Below are positions 55,401 through 64,000 of a DNA stretch of 64,000 nt, piece by piece. Within the stretch, counting starts at the first letter, position 1, and each line of letters opens with the position of its first letter. A program made the position numbers and the translations under genes. Under the pieces are notes generated by a model. It did no database searches, was not told where the DNA came from, and saw nothing but the letters and a program-made list of their open reading frames with translations. Source of the stretch: Flectonema sp. DT1601 (taxonomy: Eukaryota); assembly GCA_964019425.1 (NCBI GenBank), contig OZ025793.1, positions 1,054,001 to 1,118,000 of the forward strand. The letters are read 5' to 3'.

Positions 55401-58400
55401 AAAAAAAAAAAAAACTCAAGGTGTACTATTTTGACTATTTTTTATTTGGTTTTTCTAAAGTACCTCGTTGTTAATTCTACTACCCAGCAGGATTTTTTCT
55501 GAACGATTTTTATGAATAAGGATATAAGTCGGTTTACGGTTTTAATCATTTTTATCACAAATTTCGTGTAGTTGAAGTTAAATCCAATTCTTTTTTTTTT
55601 ACCTATGCCTTGTTTTTTTTTCAGCTTGCTTAATCCACACTGCGCTTTTGTAACAAAGGAATGTATCATTGGCGTAGTAGTCAAAATTATATATTAGTTA
55701 ATGTTTGTCTTGTCTTTGATTTTATTTTGCAAAAAAAAAAAAAAAAAAATATTGTTCTGCTTTTAGTCAAAGATGCCTTGCAGTAACCACATGTATTACA
55801 CATCCTTTCAGAACACCCGACAACACTTTGAAACGCTTTTGAACAGACCTTTCCACTCAACGAGGAACGCTCCTTCTGTATTTCAAAAAGAAAAAAAAGA
55901 AAAAAGGGAAAATCCGTTTTGTACTTATAAGCATATGTCACCCACAGGTAGTGTCCTCGGAACTGATTTTACTTTTTTTTTGTTTTTTTTTGTTCTGTTG
56001 ATAAAAATTATAAGTATCTGTGTTTTTACATGGAAAATAGTTAGCCTCCTACAAGCTGTTTTACTTATGGAACTTGAAAAAAAAAAAAAAAGTGTCGGAA
56101 GCTTTTGTATTTTTCGTCCTCAATTTGGTTCTAAAAATGAAATATTATTGCGCATTGTATTCTCATACACTCATTGGCAATGGCTATTATGAAATGAAAT
56201 CATAATTTTATTTACATCTTTATTCCCCTCATCTACGAACGCCTGCTGTTCTACTTTATGGTTTCGGAAGAAGCTTTCTGCCAGTATATTTATCTACCCT
56301 GTGGATCACTGTTTTTTATTCATCTTGTTTTGCTAAAGTTTATTTAGAAAGCGTTTTTTCACTATTTCGGACGTCTTGCTTCAGCCATCCTGCTAATTTA
56401 TAATGCACTGACTGAAGCTGCGTAGGATCTTTTACCTTTAACCTGAATTGCGAGAGTGATTTTGGTTATGCTGTTCTTGTATGTTCGTATTTTTATATTT
56501 ACGGTTACTAGGATACACTCAGATCTTCCTCTCTGGATCTAGTATGCCCCCGTGCCGAAGCTAATGAGATAGACCTTTCTGGGGATTAGGTTCTATCCAA
56601 AACCTTGGGCTTGCCACAACTAACAAACTAAATGCGTTTTTTTTCTTCACAATAAACTCATATACTAACTTCCCTTGTACTTTTGTCAGGTGAGACTTTA
56701 TGATAAATGGTGCTGTTCTGGTAACCCATCTGAATTATTTAAAAATTCCTTTTTCAGATTGTGTGATGCCACTGATTTTTTGATCACCTCCTCTTTTAAT
56801 TTATTTAACAGAACTGACTTAATCTTGTTGATCACTCCATCGCTATCCATTCTTTTACCCAAATCTATATCTTAATACTCGCAGATAGCGTGAGTCGCAT
56901 GCGCACTGATGCGCGTTTTCTAGTAACCCCCAAGCTACTTTAGAAGGCTTGTCTTAAGTCAAATAGATGCCTGAAACCTTATCTGGCATTGAAAGCTTAT
57001 TCTATTCGTAACTGGGGTTATGTGTTGTCTTTATTGTTCAAATTTTTGAAACTGACTCTTCTGCTTTTTCTGTAGTGACTAAGATAATACCTGATGCAAT
57101 TTACTTGTAAACTGAGTTAAAAAAGTAGCTCTCAGTCGTATGACTACAAAAATGTCAAACTCCTGCTTTCAACTTTGCAACTGATAAGTCGTGTTCAATA
57201 CAACTGACTTTACAATCGACTTAGTAGATGTGCGATGTACTCCTTTTTTTTAATTTTCGGCAATAAAAACAAATATTCCAAGAGTTGTCCAACTTTCCTA
57301 AGCAAAGAGGCTGTTCTCCCCCTCTAATTGCTTTTTCTGATTATGGCTAAAAAATTCTCTCCCCGATGTTCCTGTCGTGGCTGGGCAGCATCTATTAGCA
57401 TTGCAGAAAGCATGAGGCTTAATGTACCTCAAAGAAGACTTATTCTGTCGTAAGTTTTTCATCATTAACAGAAAAGATGTGTTCTCTTTACTGTAACTAC
57501 TGTGAAAGATGGGGTTTCAATAGTATTCCACCTTTGTAATTAAAACAACGGTTTGCCTTCAGACATCGTCATAAAGAAACTAATATAAATAAAAGGGTTT
57601 GATTTTTTAAATTTTGTCCTTTTTTTTTTATATTTTTAAAAATCTTTTTTTTTTTTTTTTTTGAAATGTCGTTTGTCTGGGTGGGGTTTTTGCTTTTCTT
57701 TTACTTCTAGTCGAAGCTGTGAGACTGCAATCTTCGCGATTGGGTCCTTACTGATGCGGGCTACTGAGACTCCCTCGTAGTCATCAGTTCTGTATTTGCT
57801 ACCTAACTTACGTCTACTTCCGATGTGGAAGAAAGCACCCCTCTATTGCCTTAATGGATCGCGTTATGTGTTCTTTCGTTATCTAGATTCTATGAAGTGT
57901 TGTTCTAAATTTCTTCTTACTGTATGAAGAAGACGTAGTCGTTATTTTTATGTTTTCTCTTCGTTTTATTGGTGCTGTTACCTCCCTTTGTGAGGTCACT
58001 GTTACCATTCCTATACTTATTATTATTATTATTATTATTATTTTCTTTTTATTATATTTAAGTTAGTGGATGTTTTTAACCCCCTAACAACGAACTCACA
58101 CGTTTGTTAACTACTTATCGATAATCCTCTCTGACCTGATCTTTAGTCCTCATTGGCTTGCATATGTGGTTTTGGGGCCTGAGAATTCACTTCCCAAAAC
58201 AGCTTCTTAATCAGTCGTCATCTGTCACCTATTGGCGGCCGGTATTAAAGGTGGTTGCAGACAAGGTTACTCGGTAGTCGCTATTGAAAATAAATATGGA
58301 AACTTGCTCCCTATAGAAATTGTTGTTCCTTTTGAGCTTAAGAATGCAGTATCAAAGTATCTCTGTAGTTCTGTTACCAGATTTTCAAAAAATTATTCTC

Positions 58401-60036
58401 AAAAGCAATTAGTGATTGTTACTAACATAGCACAAAATAGAGACGTCCCGCTTTCTGCATCAAAAAAACCACATAAAATTATTCTTGCAAGGCGTAGCAG
58501 CCATCGATTGTTTCTTCCCTTTTTTTTTCTTTCAATCGCATATTTTCCAACCACTTACAGTATGCTAACACTGGTGTTACATCTTGCCAGTACCCCACTG
58601 TGTTGTTAGGCATCACGTGCCACTCAGAGTGAGAAAAGAGGTATCGCTCTCTTCGATTGCAGAGTTTATATATAACACGGTGTTTGAGATTACGTAGTCA
58701 AAGAAGTCTGACAGATGTTTGCCACAGCTGATGTCATAAGCAAACGTGTAGCTAACGTGACTTAGTTCTTTGTGTGGGATTCGCTCCCATGCGAACATCA
58801 GTTTTCTTATTCACTTTCCTTCTTTTTGTGTTGGTTTGTTTGGTTTTTTTTGTTACAAAACAAGAACTGCCTCATAGTTTCTCTTTTTTTCTCCTTTTTT
58901 TTTCTTAAAATTATTTTTTTTGAAAGAAAGGGAAATCTATGTGAGCGCGAAAAAAAAAAAAAAAATTAAAATTAAAATAAAAAATCCATTATTGTTCTGA
59001 TTTGAGCAATTACGTGGGTAAAAGTGAGCAAGCAACAATATCATCTGCATCTGCGCAGTAAATACAGTTTTTTTTTTTTTTTTTTTTTTTTGAAAGGAAG
59101 CGCTGCTTCTTTTCTTAAATCCCTTTCCGACAGCATGTTGCACTCGCAGGATTAGATCATAATATTACCCATTGGTGAGAGGCTTCTTATTATTATACTT
59201 TACTGCTGTGGTTCTCTCTCTTTTTTTTCCTTCTTCCAACTTCTGTTCTTTTTAAAAGCGGACATTCGCAATCGCTGAATCCGTTGAGAAAAAAAAAATT
59301 AGTAGTCAATGCAATGGTGTGTTTTTGCACGCCAATAGTAAATTTAATCGCTTCCGCAACATGCGGATGATTAGATTTTTCAATTCCCTAAGAACAGCCA
59401 CCTCGTTATTCACGTATGGTACAGCTATTACTCCTGTTTTCTTTTTTTTGTTTCTGTTAAGTGGAGTCTTCTGTATGTTTGCATATTGCAGGTTGAGGGA
59501 TTTTGTTTGAGGGTGCTAAACTACGGCGACTTTTTTTTTCTTTCCCCTCGATTTTTTTTTTTTTTTTTGGAGTTATATTCTTCTCCTTCCTTATCTTCCT
59601 TTAGTTGGTTGGTACAAGGACAATCAACATTAAAAAATAAATTAAAAATAAATGAAAAAAGGAAACTCCATTTGTTTTTTTAACTTTTTACCGTTTTCGG
59701 CACAAACAATTCTTTTCTTTTTTCTTGTTAGTAAGCAGCTGTTTTTGGATCTTCTCGATCTCTGTTGTTTCTGGTGACATTAAAAAAAAAAAAAAAAAAA
59801 AAAAGAATGTTGGCGTATTGCTCAACTACTGTCTTAGTCGAACCCAACGAGGTTCGCGCACCCATGTTCATGAAGAAGGATGAGTTGAATGTTGGATTTT
59901 GAATAATATTATATTTTTATCAGGTAGCACGAGGTATTGTTCGTAAATGCGATTTCACTCAACAAGACACCATGATATGATCTAACTTCTTATCTCATAT
60001 TCTCAGGATACTCACTCACTAAGACAGTTATAAAAA

Positions 60037-60695
60037 ATGGGAGACACTACAACGAATCTACAGGTGACCAACTCAGAACTGGTATGAGTATTTCATCTGT
60101 TGATATGTTCTTTTTTTTTTTTTTTTTTTTTTGCCTTTTTAATTTCTCTTTGTTGCATCGTTTTTATAATTCTTTTTTTTGTTTCCCCCCAGCTCTCGTT
60201 TTTCAATTCAAAATGGGTGAGTCGACTACAGCTATGATGTCAACCAATTCTGAGCTGGTATGATGCAGCACTTTTGTTAAATTTTATACAAATTTTCTAA
60301 ATGTTAAAAAAACAAAACACATTCAGGTTACCCATATCGACAGCATGAAGGAAAAGCGTTCTGAGCTAGACAGATTCATCCAGAAAGAAGAAGAGGTATG
60401 TGACCTGGATTATTTAACAGTACGATATTGACGTTTTTTTTTTGATTACCAATAATATAACAATCAGGAAAAAGCTCGTATTGTCAACGATTTGAGAATC
60501 CTTAATGAACGCCTTGCCAGAGTTGACGAAGGTCTTGCAAGAAAATATGCTGCTAGACAGGAATACGACAAGACAATCGCTGAGACTGAAAACGCATTTA
60601 GCAAGATTATTGATAGCTCGCGGACGCTTCTTCACGTGCTTAAAAGAGAGAGCACAACCCTCAGCAAGAAGCACGTCTCTGATAATTGGTCTTAA
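60037..60695 (+). CDS. SSNA1: SSNA1/DIP13/NA14 microtubule-associated coiled-coil protein, 113 aa, with alternative first exons
   Basis: Exon 1a 60037..60081 or exon 1b 60213..60257, then 60327..60395 and 60468..60695. Product ...TNSELVTHIDSMKEKR...ERLARVDEGLARK...EYDKTIAETENAFSKIIDSSRTLLHVLKRE matches SSNA1. Confidence 0.9.
60258..60326 (+). other. Spliceosomal intron (69 nt, phase 0) after SSNA1 exon 1b
   Basis: CTG|GTATGA...ATTCAG; keeps the SSNA1 frame. Confidence 0.85.
60396..60467 (+). other. Spliceosomal intron (72 nt, phase 0)
   Basis: GAG|GTATGT...AATCAG; joins QKEEE/EKARI as in SSNA1 EEEDEK. Confidence 0.88.
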
Positions 60696-61339
60696 GAACA
60701 TGGTTGGCATCTTAGGTACGCAAGCATTTCCTTAGTTCCGGGAAAAAATCTTGGAGAAAAAAAAATACATATAAATAGCAAAAAAAGAAAATTTCAAACA
60801 GAAAAAAAAAAAAAAACACTTCTCCTCTTAGATCTTTTTTCTTTTTATTTCTTTTACTTCTTGCCCATATTCCCTGTTCCCCTTGTGTTGTTAATGGATT
60901 TCCCTTATGAAGTATAAAAGAAGAGTTTTGGCAGAGGCAAACCTCAAATGTTTCGAATTCCAGTCTTTAATTTTTCCCTTTTTTTTTCTTCTTGGGGTGC
61001 GATCTGTCTTTTAGGTTCTTGAGTGAGTAACTGGTCCAACTACACCAGTAGGCATGTTGACACAGACAGGCTTTCAATTCAGTTTGCCAACTCCCCGCAG
61101 ATGCATCTATCAGCTACATGCGTCTCTTTGCTGTGTCAAGGAACGAAATAATTATTTTTTGGTGTTGCTTTTCCCCTGCCAAGTCCCCGCCACTTATTCT
61201 GTACAGTTGTGCTTCCGCCATCCTCGATTTTTCTCGGAATCTGTTTTTTTCGTGAGTTGTTTTGTTAATACGTGAGTACCTTATTGAAAAAGGTAGTTCC
61301 TTTCCTCCACAGTCACGAAAAAAACAACTTTAACCCAAG

Positions 61340-61906
61340 ATGGTGTTGTGGGAAGCTATAGTTATAATCCATCCAACTGTGGCGAGGGAGCAGCTGGCGA
61401 ACACGTTGAAGTCTTTTTGTAGAGTTCTACTTGAAGACGGTGGCGTTATTAGAAAACTCAGAAATGAAGGTATCATGAGAATGCACAGAGGTATGCATAC
61501 AGGCCCTATGGATAAAAGAAGAATGTACGTACCAGCAATCCATCAGTGGAGAATTCATGAACCTGTTGATGAGAAAATGTTCTTTCATGGAAGGTACATG
61601 GTGATGTTATTCGACGCTTCAGTAGACTCGGCGATGCATTTTCAAGAACTTGTAAACAACAATCAGTTTACTCTTGAGTGGCAGATTCGTCATCGTTCCA
61701 AACATCATCCGCTCGCTGCCTTTAAAGATCCCCACGACTATGAAATCGGTCACGATCTCAACAACGTATCCGAAGAAGAAGAAGAACTCCTACAATCTCA
61801 CAAGGGATGGAGCGAATGGAAAGGATTTCAGGCATCGAGATGGTCCAACTACCTCGCTCAACAGCCGGGTGGTACTTCAGAAATTACTACAGCGAGTTCA
61901 GCATGA
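61340..61906 (+). CDS. MRPS6: Mitochondrial ribosomal protein bS6m-like
   Basis: WEAIVIIHP...GGVIRKLRNEGIMR...GRYMVMLFD follows the S6 pattern; NEGIMR recalls kinetoplastid bS6m. Confidence 0.75.
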   Translation: MVLWEAIVIIHPTVAREQLANTLKSFCRVLLEDGGVIRKLRNEGIMRMHRGMHTGPMDKRRMYVPAIHQWRIHEPVDEKMFFHGRYMVMLFDASVDSAMHFQELVNNNQFTLEWQIRHRSKHHPLAAFKDPHDYEIGHDLNNVSEEEEELLQSHKGWSEWKGFQASRWSNYLAQQPGGTSEITTASSA

Positions 61907-62319
61907 ATATGACGTTGTTATTGTCGCTGATAACAATTGGTGAAAATAGACCGCTATCTATATAGTAGTTTCTATTAATGAGTAGCTACCAACACTGCGC
62001 AAGATTAGTTTTTGTACTGATATAAGCAGCTGTCCATCATGGCATTGTCCTGCCTGAATCTCGTCTGAGCCAGTAACCAGGAGTTGGTTACTTCTTTGGC
62101 TATTGCCTGGTAAAAGTATTTGCTAACAAATGAGTTAGTTCTTCTCGAAGAAAAGAACATCAAGCAGTGTTATATTTTGCAGTTCGGCAATCCTTAAAGA
62201 AGTTTATTTTGTCCAGTAGTTTTTTTTTTTTTTTAAACATCTTTCCCCTCTCAGATATATTACGGTGAAAAATCAATGTTAGATTCCGAATTAATGTACT
62301 TAATTTATCACCCATCAGT

Positions 62320-63009
62320 ATGTCTTCAAGAAAGCTTAAATGCATCAAGCAGGCTCATGACTTCGATTGCGGACTAGCTTGCGTAGCGATGGTAACAACT
62401 TACTTAACAAACGCTGAATCCCCCGAGAGTGAATTATCAAGAGTCACTGATGCTTTTATCGATATGGAAATCTGTGATAGTGACAGCTACACGAGAGGCA
62501 TATGGACAATTGAACTTTATTATTTGTTAGCTGAATTACTGGGAGAAAGAGAAAGAAAACTACAACTGAGTACAACTGAGATAATTAGCAACGCCTTAGC
62601 TCTGCTTCCCTTCTATGAACAGGATATTGGGGTTGACACTGCTAGGGTCTCGGCATTGTACTCAAAATTAAAATCTGAAGGGTCATTGCGACTACTAATG
62701 CGCAGGAAGAGTGTTGCTGAGATTACGAGGGATACTCTTGCTGGTTCTGTTTTTATATTTCTAGTTGACATCCTCATATTAAAATGTCGTAGTTGCAGAT
62801 ATTTCTCATTCTCAAATACTCCAACTGAAGTTGGTTCCTATCATGGACACTGTATTCTAGTTACTTCTATTGATCGTAAGAATGGTACCGTAACTTACCA
62901 CGATCCGAGTGCCGAATGCGACTCTTGTAATTGTGAGTTGGAAAACTTTGAAGCTGCCAGATCAGCTCCTGGAACAGACAATGATGCGATTCGAATATCG
63001 ATTTCTTGA
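62320..63009 (+). CDS. GUCD1: GUCD1-like protein (Guanylate_cyc_2 family, C39 peptidase-like fold)
   Basis: IKQAHDFDCGLAC, IWTIELYYLL, YHGHCILV, YHDPS, FEAARSAPGTDND. Confidence 0.85.
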   Translation: MSSRKLKCIKQAHDFDCGLACVAMVTTYLTNAESPESELSRVTDAFIDMEICDSDSYTRGIWTIELYYLLAELLGERERKLQLSTTEIISNALALLPFYEQDIGVDTARVSALYSKLKSEGSLRLLMRRKSVAEITRDTLAGSVFIFLVDILILKCRSCRYFSFSNTPTEVGSYHGHCILVTSIDRKNGTVTYHDPSAECDSCNCELENFEAARSAPGTDNDAIRISIS

Positions 63010-63102
63010 AGTACATACCTAAACAATATTAATAGACACTACACTTGTAAGACTGAAGTTACCCTAGAGGCGGACACGTTTGGTCTCCTCGCTAATTTGA
63101 TG

Positions 63103-63132
63103 TCGCAGTTGGGGCTGGCGCCCCAACTGCGA
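63103..63132. other. Perfect 13-bp GC-rich inverted repeat (hairpin)
   Basis: TCGCAGTTGGGGC-TGGC-GCCCCAACTGCGA. Confidence 0.8.
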
Positions 63133-63742
63133 ATTCTTTTTGTGCAAACCTCCGTCGTTAAAATATAATATAAAAAAAAATATTAAAAAGATTTCAGGAA
63201 TGAAGCTTTTCCACTCCCTACTTATTATTATTATTATTTTTTAATTTTTTTCTTCTTTTTATTTTTGTTTCCCTAACAAACTATTAGTTTATTAACTCCT
63301 CAGTCATTCCTTAGTTGTAAAATACATCGGAAGAGTGAAAAGAGGTTTTTTTTTTTTTTTTTTTTTCCTGCACCGACAAAGTCGGAGAAGAAACTATTCA
63401 GATTAAGAGCCGTTTATTTATTATGTCATGTTATCTATTTCCCTGTGCTCCAGTAATACTGTCAGCGATCAACAAAAATATAAAGGCTTTATCTGAATGG
63501 TTTTCTTTCTTACACATCCCTGACTAGTTTATTTTTCTATCCCTATTCCTGTTCCTTAAACACACTATTTCTTTTTGTTCAAAATCCTTTTGTAATTTAT
63601 ACTTTGACTAAATAAAATATAGGTTGGTATGTCTTCTTGCCTTTTTTTTTGTTGTTTGAGACGGTAGTTTGTGGTAGTTGTCGTTATTTTGATTCTATTT
63701 TGTGTGATCAAATATCCATTTTTTTACAAGTGGTTGCCAACC

Positions 63743-64000
63743 ATGATGCGTCGGTTAGAAAAACCAGTTCTTGAAAGAAGAGCAGCGAGTGGTACAATGC
63801 AAGCACCAGTATCACCTGAATACAGAGCTTTACCGCCGAAAGTACCAAGTAAGCAAACTGTACATCAAACACCGCCTCGTGGACTGTTGAAGGCAGGGGG
63901 TCGGGTTACGAGTAAAAGCCCTGAATTAATTTTTGAAAGGAGAGAAGGCGGTAGTTCCAAATCCCTTCCAAATGCGGTATCTGATCAGGTGATGCTGTCA
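63743..64000 (+). CDS. Hypothetical protein, 3'-truncated
   Basis: ATG at 63743 after an AG at 63730; frame open to the window end (MMRRLEKPVLERRAASG...). Confidence 0.6.
   Translation, partial: MMRRLEKPVLERRAASGTMQAPVSPEYRALPPKVPSKQTVHQTPPRGLLKAGGRVTSKSPELIFERREGGSSKSLPNAVSDQVMLS

Noticed and set aside
57750..57788. Hairpin with CTGATG as a hammerhead ribozyme
   Set aside because: Core is CTGATGC, not CTGANGA, and no correctly placed GAAA
49533..59683. Numerous 60-140 aa ORFs on both strands
   Set aside because: Poly-F/poly-K products of homopolymer tracts, often non-ATG starts, no motifs
59830..59860. GGTTCG / TCGAACC tRNA T-loop-like words
   Set aside because: No T-stem pairing or cloverleaf on either strand
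62320..63009. GUCD1 as part of a cyclic-nucleotide gene cluster with the receptor cyclase
   Set aside because: GUCD1 has a C39 peptidase-like Cys/His/Asp pattern, not a class III cyclase, and lies 13 kb away

Overview
AT-rich eukaryotic genomic DNA, most likely from a euglenozoan and probably a diplonemid-like lineage. The evidence is a trypanosomatid-type receptor adenylate cyclase, a kinetoplastid-like bS6m, about 23 genes all on the + strand, pyrimidine-tract/AG sites just upstream of start codons, and short GT-AG cis-introns. Identifiable genes include a RAD51 paralog, a divergent eIF5, a Kelch protein, an apparently secreted aldo-keto reductase, an EF-hand PIP kinase, a FYVE pseudo-lipase, two tandem CAMK-type kinases, an FCP1/NIF phosphatase, VPS26, an SLC35B transporter, a PHD/PWWP protein, SSNA1/DIP13, bS6m and GUCD1. 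Three highlights: (1) an NLR-like ankyrin-ADP-ribosyltransferase-NACHT-pentapeptide-WD40 gene directly followed by a zinc-finger/putative NADase/PARP gene, a candidate NAD+/ADP-ribose-based innate immune locus; (2) a receptor adenylate cyclase whose ectodomain is a bacterial-type PstS phosphate-binding protein; (3) an SSNA1 gene with two duplicated, apparently mutually exclusive first coding exons, largely missed by the ORF track. About 10.5 kb (49.5-60 kb) has no credible gene. All calls come from motif reading by eye; no searches were run.
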